Shown one piece after another: positions 26,854 to 36,042 of a stretch of DNA of 64,000 nt. The DNA is from a virus (Duplodnaviria; Heunggongvirae; Uroviricota; Caudoviricetes). The stretch covers positions 133,683-197,682 of IMG/VR virus record IMGVR_UViG_3300007735_000926; one strand, given 5' to 3'. Under the pieces are notes generated by a model. It saw nothing but the letters and a program-made list of their open reading frames with translations. It did not search any database and was not told the origin of the DNA. The stretch's first letter is position 1, and each line of letters opens with the position of its first letter. The position numbers and the translations under genes are program-made.

Positions 26854-27291
26854 TTAATTTAATTTTTTAGCCACGATTTGTGAAATTCTCTTATTATCAC
26901 ATTGACCATTTGCAGATTCGGAAACTGCTTTAATCACACGACCCATATCCTTTTTACCAGATGCTCCGAGATTGTCAATAGCTGCTTGGACGTTATTTTC
27001 CAATTCTTCATCAGACCATTCCACTGGAAGATATCCTTGAAGGACTGAAATTTCAGCCAATTCTTTATTTGCCAATTCTTCTCGACCACCATTTCGGAAT
27101 TGATCGGCAGAATCCTGTCGCTGTGTGATTTGCTTTCGAATCAATCCAACAATTTCAGCAGGAGAGAGTTCACCTTTCTTGGCAATCTGTGCATTTTCAA
27201 TGGCACTCTTCAACATTCGCAATACACCCAAACTTAATTGAGATTTTTCACGCATTGCCTTGACAGTATCTTCTTTAATTTTGTTCAACAT
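26854..27291 (-). CDS. GatB/YqeY domain protein
   Basis: KEDTVKAMREKSQLSLGVLRMLKSAIENAQIAKKGELS... matches YqeY family pattern. Confidence 0.6.
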   Translation of the reverse strand: MLNKIKEDTVKAMREKSQLSLGVLRMLKSAIENAQIAKKGELSPAEIVGLIRKQITQRQDSADQFRNGGREELANKELAEISVLQGYLPVEWSDEELENNVQAAIDNLGASGKKDMGRVIKAVSESANGQCDNKRISQIVAKKLN

Positions 27292-27392
27292 ATAGTGAAT
27301 TGTTTTTATTTTTTATATTTCAAGGATTTTTTCCATCGCTTTACGAATGACTTTATCATCGATTTGTCGATTATCAAGCAGAATAAATGCAA

Positions 27393-28280
27393 TTAATGTT
27401 TTTTCGGTCTTTTTGAAAACTTAACATATACTCCAGCATCTTTCAAGGTTCTTCTTATCAAATAATGGGATACGTCATATCCATCTTCTAATAAAGCTTC
27501 TCGAACTCTATTTGTGCCGAAATTGTCATAATGTTTTATTATCAACTCTATTACATTCTGATCCAGATTTTTAAATTTTTTATTTTTATTAGCTTTTGAT
27601 ATTTTTTCTCTAGCTTCTTCAGAAAGTGTATATCCTTCCTGTTTTCTCCTCAACCAATCTCTTTTATTACCTTCCGAAATTTTATCTTTCCATGTTATAT
27701 CCCTACCAGTCATTTTTTCCCGCATTTTATTTCTTGTCTCTAATGAGATTTCTCTTTCGGAATTTATTTTTTTAAGCAACTCTTTGTGGTCTTCTGTCAT
27801 TTTTTTACCAAAATTAGGGTGGTTCTCGCCTCGCTGTTTCAGACCCTGCTGTTTTCTTATATCATTCATTTTTGTTTTGAATTCATTATCGGCCCATCGA
27901 TTTTTGGAAATTCTGCTCATATTTTCAATGTAATTATTATATGTATCAGTTCCTTTTGGCGGGGTATTCACTGAACCAAATGGTGAAATATTACAAAGAT
28001 TATCTATGCCTATTTCTTTAATTTTTATCGCTTCTAATTCCAGAGCTTCTTCCTCTAATAAATTTTCTTCTATTTTCTCACCAAAAATTTCACCACCTTC
28101 TCTTATAGTTTTTTGGCATTTATTCAATAAATATGTGTTGACTTTATTAGGATGACTACCTCTTATCAAATAACTTAAATGAGCTTGTAATCTTTTTTTC
28201 TTGCCTTTGCCAACATAAATAATTTCTTTCGGTTCATTTTCAAATTGTTGATATATAAAATATACATAATAATCGTTCAT
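27393..28280 (-). CDS. GIY-YIG homing endonuclease
   Basis: N-terminal YVYFIYQQFENEPKEIIYVGKGKKKR (GIY...YIG-like spacing); very AT-rich codon usage; lacks standard motif; track start at 28295 is a TTG. Confidence 0.5.
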   Translation of the reverse strand: MNDYYVYFIYQQFENEPKEIIYVGKGKKKRLQAHLSYLIRGSHPNKVNTYLLNKCQKTIREGGEIFGEKIEENLLEEEALELEAIKIKEIGIDNLCNISPFGSVNTPPKGTDTYNNYIENMSRISKNRWADNEFKTKMNDIRKQQGLKQRGENHPNFGKKMTEDHKELLKKINSEREISLETRNKMREKMTGRDITWKDKISEGNKRDWLRRKQEGYTLSEEAREKISKANKNKKFKNLDQNVIELIIKHYDNFGTNRVREALLEDGYDVSHYLIRRTLKDAGVYVKFSKRPKKH

Positions 28281-28310
28281 GTATATATTTAACAAATACT
28301 ATACCAAAAT

Positions 28311-29330
28311 CTATTTACTTTTCATTATTTTTTTAATGTTTTCGACTTCAGCCATTTCATTTTTAGCAAAAAGAAAAGCCGAATAATTTTTATAATTGTC
28401 TATAACATGAATTGCGTAATCTTTTCGAGTTGTAAAAATACTCGAAAGATTATTTTTTATTTTATACAATTTTTCTCTAAGAACTTTGTATTCAGAATCT
28501 ATTATCATCATATCTTTCGAAATAATCGATAAAATTTCAAAATCAATATTTTCCAAATTACATTTATTATCGAAATAGAAATCAATTTTTTTATTATATG
28601 TTGATATCTGAGTCAGAAAATAATGAGCGGAACAATACCAACTGCCCTTGATTTTACGCATTTTGTTGGTTTCTGAATAAAGGACAACGCCTTCTTTTCC
28701 AACCCACATTTCAACATCATCGATACATTCCTGAATGGAATTATAATGATATTTTTGTGGGCGAGAAATATCCAGATCCTGCGCCAAATCATCCAAATGA
28801 TATTGAGAGAACATTTCTCCTGTAATCTTATGGATACCACCGATCAACGATAGCTTTGGTTCAGGGAAACCACCAATAACAATAACATTGTTGTTGGTCT
28901 GCCACTCGCAAAGATACGTGATCTCGGGGTCTGCTATCACATAATCAAAGAATTTTTTATATTTCTCCAACAAGAAATCCAATTCGTAACCATTTTGAAG
29001 CTGGCGTAGATCTGTGGTTCCACGAGTTCTAGCTACAAGCTGCCCTTTATACGAATCAAAAATACCCAGAGAACCATCAAGCTTTTCATAAGCATAGAAA
29101 GACTCCTGCATGGGAAATTTATCCAAATCTGGTTGTTCCGACCAATTAAAGAATTTAGGAAATGAACGTGAAACAATGAAATGATCCGACTTGCGGATTA
29201 CCATTGAACGAAACTTCAGAGTTTCTTCCGTCCACTTGACGCCAATTTCTTTGGGAGTGATCAGCCAACAATCGTCGCCAAACACCACACAATCTTTGAA
29301 ATTAAATTCTTCTGAATTTGGAAGTCTCAT
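28311..29330 (-). CDS. rnlA: RNA ligase, T4 RnlA (Rnl1)-like
   Basis: Motif I YEKLDGSLG (T4 Rnl1 KEDGSL), motif IV TYLCEW; size 339 aa. Confidence 0.55.
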   Translation of the reverse strand: MRLPNSEEFNFKDCVVFGDDCWLITPKEIGVKWTEETLKFRSMVIRKSDHFIVSRSFPKFFNWSEQPDLDKFPMQESFYAYEKLDGSLGIFDSYKGQLVARTRGTTDLRQLQNGYELDFLLEKYKKFFDYVIADPEITYLCEWQTNNNVIVIGGFPEPKLSLIGGIHKITGEMFSQYHLDDLAQDLDISRPQKYHYNSIQECIDDVEMWVGKEGVVLYSETNKMRKIKGSWYCSAHYFLTQISTYNKKIDFYFDNKCNLENIDFEILSIISKDMMIIDSEYKVLREKLYKIKNNLSSIFTTRKDYAIHVIDNYKNYSAFLFAKNEMAEVENIKKIMKSK

Positions 29331-29371
29331 GCAATGATGATACTCTAGTTTTTAACCATTTTAGTTAATTT

Positions 29372-29806
29372 TCATTTGATTATTTCCCCTTTTACAATTC
29401 GTCCATCTTCAACTGTGAAGGAATATACTGGAAAACCTTCATATCGAACTTCACCATTTATGATAATTCCGATATTATATTTGTAACGAAGAATTCCTAG
29501 ATCACTTTCGTAGAAACCAATCAATTCTTCAGGTTGAATTTCTGGAGCTTCCCAATCAAAGCTATGCATATTGAAGAATACATCGCCATTTTGTTCTTCA
29601 GGAAATTCCTCCAGCCAAACGTAAGTTGTAGATGAATTAAGTTCAACATCACGAACTGTATAAGTTTTACCCACCTCAAGCAGGTTATTTTCAGCATTTA
29701 CAGTGGATGATAGAAAGGCGAATTTTGCTGGTTGCCTGAATACGATCTTTTGACCAACTTTAGGGAGACCATGTAGAATTTTTCGATTGTCAAATAATGT
29801 GCTCAT
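29372..29806 (-). CDS. hypothetical protein
   Basis: 144 aa. Confidence 0.4.
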   Translation of the reverse strand: MSTLFDNRKILHGLPKVGQKIVFRQPAKFAFLSSTVNAENNLLEVGKTYTVRDVELNSSTTYVWLEEFPEEQNGDVFFNMHSFDWEAPEIQPEELIGFYESDLGILRYKYNIGIIINGEVRYEGFPVYSFTVEDGRIVKGEIIK

Positions 29807-29820
29807 TTATATTTTATATT

Positions 29821-30039
29821 TTATTTTTCTTCGATCAGACGATATTCAAAATACCATTCGTATTCAAATACGACACTTCGATGACCTTTTCGTTCAACAT
29901 ATTCAAGCCACACCCAAACATTTTTACCTTCGTGATTGTCCAAGATTTTACGAGGAATCAGACAGAAGAACTTGTGCCATTCTCTCAGGGCGCGATGTTT
30001 TGCTTCAATGTTTGTTGTTGTCCATTTCATCGTTTTGAA
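29821..30039 (-). CDS. hypothetical protein (start likely internal Met MKWTTTNIEAKH)
   Basis: Track ORF 29821-30087 would overlap next gene by 60 nt. Confidence 0.3.
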   Translation of the reverse strand, partial: FKTMKWTTTNIEAKHRALREWHKFFCLIPRKILDNHEGKNVWVWLEYVERKGHRSVVFEYEWYFEYRLIEEK

Positions 30040-30209
30040 AGTTTGAAAACGGTAGCAATAATGGCAGCAATACAAAGCAGCATACACATTCCGCTAAAGG
30101 TTGCATGCATGCCCCAGCGAGCAGTTCTAACTGCAACGTGTGCAAGTTCAAGAAAGCCATAGATGCCAAGGTATCCAAGACCGAGGATAAGAATTAAATT
30201 GGTTCTCAT
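30027..30209 (-). CDS. small membrane protein
   Basis: 60 aa with two hydrophobic segments. Confidence 0.35.
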   Translation of the reverse strand: MRTNLILILGLGYLGIYGFLELAHVAVRTARWGMHATFSGMCMLLCIAAIIATVFKLSKR

Positions 30210-30377
30210 TGAGAAATGATTTTGAGTAGAAAATAAATGATGCTGGCGGTGACTACTAGAAAGCTGAACACCAACGCAAGCAAAAATGCTTGACAGTTAC
30301 GGACAAATCGTTGTTCTTGAGGAGAGAGATTTTCAAAAGGAATCTCTACATCATCTTTAAGAATTTTTAGTTTCATT
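30206..30377 (-). CDS. small membrane protein (56 aa)
   Basis: Hand-translated MKLKILKDDVEIPFENLSPQEQRFVRNCQAFLLALVFSFLVVTASIIYFLL...; ATGA overlap with downstream gene. Confidence 0.3.
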
Positions 30378-30395
30378 GTGGTTTATTTGTAAAGA

Positions 30396-30881
30396 TCAAT
30401 CTTCCCATTCGATCATCGGGCAATGCTTGTTCTTTTTGGCCTTGACAAATTCAACAAGAACGTTTGGCTGCTTTACTTTAGGAGCTTTGACTTTGGCCAT
30501 ACGGCGGTCATGATATTCCGCAACTTTGCACCAAGTAAACATAATGAGTGCAATACCAGCAACGCCGACAATGCCCATACCATTAGCGATAAGAAAATCT
30601 TGGAAAGTAAGCGGTCCTTTACTTGGAACCAATCCAAACATGAGCGACAAGATCATACCAATGGCAAAAACAACAGTTTCGATGAAAATGGTAATAAAAA
30701 ACCAACTGAACCGATCAGAAAATCTGTAACATTTACCAAAGAAAGAAACGCTAGTGATAGGCAGAGTAATCACAGCCAATACCAGTTTCCAGAAGTAAGG
30801 ACAAAGATTGGTTGGCAAAGTATCTGTAACATAGATAGCTTTGTAAAACTTAGCGTGCCAAGAAGTGCGTTTGATTTTCAT
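30396..30881 (-). CDS. integral membrane protein (4 TM)
   Basis: 161 aa, multiple hydrophobic helices; motif at 30893-30912. Confidence 0.45.
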   Translation of the reverse strand: MKIKRTSWHAKFYKAIYVTDTLPTNLCPYFWKLVLAVITLPITSVSFFGKCYRFSDRFSWFFITIFIETVVFAIGMILSLMFGLVPSKGPLTFQDFLIANGMGIVGVAGIALIMFTWCKVAEYHDRRMAKVKAPKVKQPNVLVEFVKAKKNKHCPMIEWED

Positions 30882-30910
30882 ATTGTTGTGCAGCGATTGT
30901 ATCGTAGTTT

Positions 30911-31369
30911 TTAAAAGTATCGGTTGACAGTGTTCTTAAAGATGCTTGTCAGTTGAGGCGACATATTGAATCGTCCTTGATTGTGCTCAATGGATTTGTG
31001 AACATTACCGTTTTTGTTTCGTTTGGTAGCCGCAATCCAATCAACTAACATTTCAACAAGATCAAGAAGATCCATATCATCAATGCCGTTTGGCCAATGT
31101 TCAGGATGATGAGTGTTCTTGCTGTAATGATGGTCAATAGCAGGTTTCACCTCTTCGAGAAGCTTTGTATATTCTTCCGAACCATATTCAGTATTGGCCA
31201 ACTTGGGAGTGTTTGTTGCAAACACACTACGTTCAGGTTCTTCGAATTTAGAAGCATCGTGAACTTGCGCTCGACGGTCAAGTTCTTTGATCATTGTCCA
31301 AATATTAGCTCTGACTTCATTGACATGCTTCAACGTTTCAGAATCATGTGTAAGTAGTTCTTGATTCAT
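30911..31369 (-). CDS. hypothetical protein
   Basis: 152 aa His-rich segment HHYSKNTHHPEHW. Confidence 0.4.
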   Translation of the reverse strand: MNQELLTHDSETLKHVNEVRANIWTMIKELDRRAQVHDASKFEEPERSVFATNTPKLANTEYGSEEYTKLLEEVKPAIDHHYSKNTHHPEHWPNGIDDMDLLDLVEMLVDWIAATKRNKNGNVHKSIEHNQGRFNMSPQLTSIFKNTVNRYF

Positions 31370-31659
31370 TCCATTATTTTTTCTAGGAAGTTTTCTGTTT
31401 TCTTACGAAGTTTGTTTATCACTTGGTTTTGTCCATTGTCTATTCCAGCAACATAACCAGCGTAATAAATAGCTCCATAAAATTCCTTGTCATTTCGGAT
31501 AATCTTGGTGAACGGAAGTTTCAATGTGATGATAGGAAATCCCGATGATCGCCATGTGCTATCATAGCAATTGTCTTCGCCTTGAATATTCTCGAAACCT
31601 TTCTTCTTCATGAATTCATGAGAAGCATCATCACGCAGCGGTATTTTTTCCATGTGCAT
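31366..31659 (-). CDS. hypothetical protein
   Basis: Track ORF to 31722 overlaps upstream gene; ATG at MHMEKIPL abuts upstream stop. Confidence 0.35.
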   Translation of the reverse strand: MHMEKIPLRDDASHEFMKKKGFENIQGEDNCYDSTWRSSGFPIITLKLPFTKIIRNDKEFYGAIYYAGYVAGIDNGQNQVINKLRKKTENFLEKIME

Positions 31660-31660
31660 C

Positions 31661-32206
31661 TTAGAAAACAACCTCCTCGTTTTTGATTTGACGACCTTGA
31701 TAAAATTCAACCCATCCGCCATATTGATTGGTTGATCCTGTCTCGATTACAAGTAGTTGATAGTCAACAATCTTTGAGGGAGTTTCCCATTCAACGATGC
31801 AGGTATCAGCAAACATTTCATTTTGAAACTTCTTGGTATAAACAATATCCTCATTGTAGATTTCTTGAGGATAACTATCAAAGTCAAACAGCCAGCCTGT
31901 ATCACTTTCCATCAAAACGTTACGACGATCAGGAACAAAGAAGTCAGGACGATTGTAGAGCTTAACATCACAAGCATCCATGTAAACGCTACAAACAAGC
32001 AGACGTTCAATATCGCTTCCAACATGATCAAGTGTGATGATGATGTATTCTGATAGATTCGCTTTGAAAGATCGCTTTTCTTTGACGGTAAAATCAGGCA
32101 GTTTACTCTTGGCAACATCGTCAAGTTCAATCAGAAGATCAACATCGTTGACACGAATTAGATCACCTTGCTTTGCATTACGAAATGAATTGATAAGTTG
32201 GATCAT
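31661..32206 (-). CDS. hypothetical protein
   Basis: ~180 aa. Confidence 0.4.
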   Translation of the reverse strand: MIQLINSFRNAKQGDLIRVNDVDLLIELDDVAKSKLPDFTVKEKRSFKANLSEYIIITLDHVGSDIERLLVCSVYMDACDVKLYNRPDFFVPDRRNVLMESDTGWLFDFDSYPQEIYNEDIVYTKKFQNEMFADTCIVEWETPSKIVDYQLLVIETGSTNQYGGWVEFYQGRQIKNEEVVF

Positions 32207-32210
32207 ATTT

Positions 32211-32960
32211 TTATCGGTTGACGAAATAAACAATCACACCACCAATAATGATGACGATGACAGGAAATGCAATACACCAAAAAAGAATATCACCATCGTC
32301 CCATTCATCATCGTAGTCATTATCAACGCTAGGAGCATTGCCAACATAGTAATTGTCACGATCCATAAGCGTATTCAGCATGACTGCATCGGAAAGTGCA
32401 TCATAAAGTAAAAAGGTGCCAATTCCCGGCCCGCCACCGCTCCAATAACCATAACCACCCACACTTTGATTGTAGGTAATGTTATAGCTGGTGCCATTGC
32501 TCTTGTAAGTTTGAGGAATATACGACGGGCGAGTGGTTGGTTCAGAAGCGAACTTGCTTGTGTAAGTATCGGCCTTCTTGGTCTTGAAATCAGCAATAGC
32601 GGATTCACGGGTCTTGAACACAGTGCCGCTCTTGGACGCTGCCTCATACTTGGAACGCTCAACATTGGATTGAACTCGGGTAGAAGTTTGAGGCTTAGAG
32701 AACCAACTGCTTCCAGAACTCTTACTGGTCGAACTTCCCGAATACTTGGCGCTGTTATTGCTACTAGACCCAAGACTATTGTAGCTTTTTGAACTGCTAC
32801 CAAAACCACTTCCAGAACTCTTAAAGCTGCTTCCAGAACTCTTAAAGCTGCTACTGGAACTCTTGAAGCCACTAGAACTACTTGGTTTGGCATCAATAAC
32901 TCCGATGCCCATGATTAGTGCTACAACAGCAACTCCGATTTGTTTAATGAGTGTTTTCAT
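32211..32960 (-). CDS. secreted/membrane-anchored Ser-rich low-complexity protein
   Basis: Signal peptide, long SSGFKSSSSSFKSSGSSFKSSGSGFGSSS tract, Gly/Tyr-rich segment, C-terminal TM helix. Confidence 0.5.
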   Translation of the reverse strand: MKTLIKQIGVAVVALIMGIGVIDAKPSSSSGFKSSSSSFKSSGSSFKSSGSGFGSSSKSYNSLGSSSNNSAKYSGSSTSKSSGSSWFSKPQTSTRVQSNVERSKYEAASKSGTVFKTRESAIADFKTKKADTYTSKFASEPTTRPSYIPQTYKSNGTSYNITYNQSVGGYGYWSGGGPGIGTFLLYDALSDAVMLNTLMDRDNYYVGNAPSVDNDYDDEWDDGDILFWCIAFPVIVIIIGGVIVYFVNR

Positions 32961-32985
32961 TTCGATATTAGATTATGTCAGTGTT

Positions 32986-33498
32986 TTATTCTTCGGTTAC
33001 GTTGGTGATTTCAAAAGTATGCTTGTAACCACTTGGATATGTAATGGAAATCAGATTGTTTCGTTCATCATATTCATAGGTAAACTTGTCACCATCTGGA
33101 TATGTCTCAGAAATACGATTGTTCCGTTCATCGTATTCAAAAGTATACTTTTCACCACTTGGAAATGTCTTGGAAATAAGATTGTTCCGTTCATCATATT
33201 CCAACTTGGGAAATTGTGATTTCATTTCATCAGTATATTCCTCAAAGGGAACAACACGGAGAACCTTGATCTTGTCGGTGACACTCTTATCATTTTCATC
33301 AATAACAGTTCCGAGAATCTCAATTTCAAGAAGAATGAAATTTTCAGTTGCATCGTAGTAATTCAGAGTGTTTTCCATCTTCTTACAAAAATGGAATCCG
33401 TGTTGACACATTTTTAGCTTATCAGAAGTATATGTCTTACCGACACGGTAAACTTGATCCCGGCACTTGAAATTGTGAGTTGCTTTGTAAGCGATCAT
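32986..33498 (-). CDS. YD-repeat protein paralog (Cys/His N-domain + 4 YD repeats)
   Basis: MIAYKATHNFKCRDQVYRVGKTYTSDKLKMCQHGFHFC... then YDERNNLIS repeats. Confidence 0.6.
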   Translation of the reverse strand: MIAYKATHNFKCRDQVYRVGKTYTSDKLKMCQHGFHFCKKMENTLNYYDATENFILLEIEILGTVIDENDKSVTDKIKVLRVVPFEEYTDEMKSQFPKLEYDERNNLISKTFPSGEKYTFEYDERNNRISETYPDGDKFTYEYDERNNLISITYPSGYKHTFEITNVTEE

Positions 33499-33519
33499 GT
33501 TTGTAGTTTAGATCAGTGT

Positions 33520-34260
33520 TTAACGAACGACGGTGACGGTAGTATCAATCACAGAACCGACAGCATTGATCGGATTGAATGGAAGATTACCACCATTGCT
33601 CTTGCTTTCAAATTGAGCAAGAGCAAGTTCAGCCATGCTCTGATTGACAGCATCCAGTTCATCAATCTCTGACAAAGACACGCTATCTTTTGCCACACGA
33701 AGACGACCAGCAGCCTTGTTACGTTCATCCTCAACAAGAGTGGTGATTCGATCAAGACTATCACCGCTGGAACCAAGAGAGGTAATCATACCATTGGCCA
33801 TTTCAGTAAGTTCAGCGGTAGCTTTACGAACCTTCAAATCATTGATACCACGTCCAAGAGCTTCCATCTTATCTTTAGCTGCCTTGACAGAAACATCACG
33901 GGCACGGGTCAAATCTTTGTAAGACTTTTCTGCTTCTTCCAATTGAGCAACAACATCATCATGTTCCTTGTCAACAGTTTGAAGACGAAGAGCAAGTTGT
34001 GCAGCAAGATCACGCTTGCCAGCTTGGAGCAGCACAGGAATCTTGGCATTCAGATCATTTTCATCGACGCTGAGTTTCTTGGCTTGAGCAGCGAGCTTTT
34101 CAACAAGGGCAGCTTGAATAGCAAGACCAGCATTGAAGTTGGCGATTTGCTTACGAAGGTTTTCCTTCTCGTTTTCAAGAAGAGCTTCAGGGTTGTTCTT
34201 TTCAATGCCTCCGATAAAGAGAGCGAAAAATCCACGAATAAGGTTGAGTAGGCGTTTCAT
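33520..34260 (-). CDS. pspA: PspA/IM30/Vipp1-family protein (phage shock protein A-like)
   Basis: N-terminal MKRLLNLIRGFFALFIGGIEKNNPEALLENEKENLRKQI and extended coiled-coil pattern matching PspA family. Confidence 0.6.
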   Translation of the reverse strand: MKRLLNLIRGFFALFIGGIEKNNPEALLENEKENLRKQIANFNAGLAIQAALVEKLAAQAKKLSVDENDLNAKIPVLLQAGKRDLAAQLALRLQTVDKEHDDVVAQLEEAEKSYKDLTRARDVSVKAAKDKMEALGRGINDLKVRKATAELTEMANGMITSLGSSGDSLDRITTLVEDERNKAAGRLRVAKDSVSLSEIDELDAVNQSMAELALAQFESKSNGGNLPFNPINAVGSVIDTTVTVVR

Positions 34261-34283
34261 ATGTCAGTATTGTATGTTAGTTT

Positions 34284-34859
34284 TTATTCTTCGGTTACGA
34301 TGGTGCGTTCAAAACTGGTCACAGCGCCAGTTGAATTAGTTTCCGAAATACGATTGTTATTTGAATCGTATTGATAGGTATACTTGCTACCATCTGGATA
34401 TGTCGCAGAAATCAGATTATTCCTTTCATCGTATTCATAGATAATCTTGTAACCACTTGAATCTCTCTTGGAAATAAGATTGTTACGTTCATCGTATTCA
34501 TAAGTATACTTGTTATCATCTGGAAATGTCTTGGAAATCAGATTATTCCTTTCATCATATTCCAACTTAGGAAATTGTGATTTCATTTCATCAGTATATT
34601 CCTCAAAGGGAACAACACGAAGCACCTTGATCTTGTCGGTAACACTTTTATTATCTTTATCAATAACAGTTCCGAGAATCTCAATTTCCAGAAGAATGAA
34701 ATTTTCAGTTGCACCGTAGTAATTCAGAGTGTCTTCCATCTTTTTACAGAAGTGGAATCCGTGGTTACACATTTCCAATTTGTTAGAGGTATAAGTTTTA
34801 CCAACACGATAAATTTGATTCCGACACTTGAAATTGTAGGTGGCTTTGTAAGCGATCAT
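34284..34859 (-). CDS. YD-repeat protein paralog
   Basis: MIAYKATYNFKCRNQIYRVGKTYTSNKLEMCNHGFHFC... then 5 YD repeats. Confidence 0.6.
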   Translation of the reverse strand: MIAYKATYNFKCRNQIYRVGKTYTSNKLEMCNHGFHFCKKMEDTLNYYGATENFILLEIEILGTVIDKDNKSVTDKIKVLRVVPFEEYTDEMKSQFPKLEYDERNNLISKTFPDDNKYTYEYDERNNLISKRDSSGYKIIYEYDERNNLISATYPDGSKYTYQYDSNNNRISETNSTGAVTSFERTIVTEE

Positions 34860-34868
34860 GTTTGTAGT

Positions 34869-35069
34869 TTAGAGCAGTGTTTTATTCTTCAAAAATTCCA
34901 TGCGTTCAATGTATGATTCAATACCATCGTTATGATCCTCAAGGCACACCAACGCATTGTTGAGCATAGCTTTGATTTCATTTATTGTCAAATTGGTGGT
35001 ATCAGTAGATGATGAAAGCCATCCTTCTACATAATCTCTAACTTGAGTAATGTTGAATCGAGTTTCCAT
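34869..35069 (-). CDS. hypothetical protein
   Basis: Track ORF 34869-35102 trimmed to internal Met to avoid overlap. Confidence 0.3.
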   Translation of the reverse strand: METRFNITQVRDYVEGWLSSSTDTTNLTINEIKAMLNNALVCLEDHNDGIESYIERMEFLKNKTLL

Positions 35070-35070
35070 A

Positions 35071-35550
35071 TTAGTGTATAAATGAGCGTAGTCGAAAATC
35101 AATATCTTTCAACCATTCTTCTTTGGTATAAAAGAGAGGGATATTATAACGCTCACACACAATACGAACATTACCCTGTCGCCAAAATCCATCAGGACAG
35201 CAAACAATTAACCTACCCGAATTAGCATACAATCCAAGTTCAAGAAGGCTAATAGGACTCTTTGTATTAGGGTCGAAATACATAACAATGTAGTCCGACT
35301 GATCCAACATATCAAGCTCCCAATTGACCTGTTCATCAAACTGCGGGCTATTATGGTCCCATGAACTATCCCAATCATATCGACGAGGATTGAAAAACAT
35401 CATATTGTTAGGATACCTTGCCATGAATTCATCTTGCCAATTTTCAGCCGCACCCATCTCAATACTTCCAGCAAGGAAAATAGAGGCATCTGGAAGTCGT
35501 TCATCATCAATTGTAAGCCTAATGGGAGGTTGAATTTGGAATGATTTCAT
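35071..35550 (-). CDS. nucleoside 2-deoxyribosyltransferase-like fold protein (tentative)
   Basis: SIFLAGSIEMG... flavodoxin-like start similar to NDT/Rcl family. Confidence 0.3.
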   Translation of the reverse strand: MKSFQIQPPIRLTIDDERLPDASIFLAGSIEMGAAENWQDEFMARYPNNMMFFNPRRYDWDSSWDHNSPQFDEQVNWELDMLDQSDYIVMYFDPNTKSPISLLELGLYANSGRLIVCCPDGFWRQGNVRIVCERYNIPLFYTKEEWLKDIDFRLRSFIH

Positions 35551-35562
35551 ACAATTATCAAT

Positions 35563-35916
35563 TTAGATTGGGAAATGTCCAAATCCAGAGCAAGACGTTT
35601 CAGGGAAAAGTGAATCAATCACGTTTGCTTGTTCCTTTGAAAGTTCAATCACTTCAAACAAGCTAAGAAACTCAGACATGGATCGATATTCATTTTGCTC
35701 GTTTGAGCCAAAGTAAACAGAAAAACAACAATCTTCATCATCTTCGATTTCTCTTTCTTCTTTGAATTCTTTGATAGCATTTTCCCACTCTTCAATATCT
35801 TCGAAAATCTTAAACCCGCTGACATCCATTTCATCAGCCCAATTTTCGTCAAATTTTACCAGTAGCATATTTTTTATTTTATTTTTTGTTGTAAAGGGAA
35901 AAGACCCGGATTTCAC
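35563..35916 (-). CDS. acidic hypothetical protein
   Basis: 117 aa. Confidence 0.4.
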   Translation of the reverse strand: MKSGSFPFTTKNKIKNMLLVKFDENWADEMDVSGFKIFEDIEEWENAIKEFKEEREIEDDEDCCFSVYFGSNEQNEYRSMSEFLSLFEVIELSKEQANVIDSLFPETSCSGFGHFPI

Positions 35917-36042
35917 GTTCGTTCGTTAAACATACAACCGTCCACGGTTTCAGGAATCGAACCTGTATGTTTAGTCTCTATCGGATCGTTAGACACCTAC
36001 GTATGTGTCCCTATTCTGCAATGTTATATACCATTCAGAAAA

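Noticed and set aside
32375-32896. Alternative minus-frame ORF and plus ORFs within the Ser-rich gene
   Set aside because: Artefacts of the low-complexity AGC/TCC repeat tract; the frame with signal peptide and TM anchor is preferred.
33086-33358. Plus-strand ORFs 33086-33358 and 34510-34719 with near-identical peptides
   Set aside because: Both are antisense images of the paralogous YD-repeat genes; their similarity reflects the duplication, not a real gene.
35935-36015. T-arm-like GGTTCGATTCC element in the nadV-C/35563 intergenic region; possible sixth tRNA
   Set aside because: No acceptor stem or D arm could be paired by eye; only a T-arm-like motif and a 5-bp hairpin. Left for tRNAscan-SE to confirm or reject.
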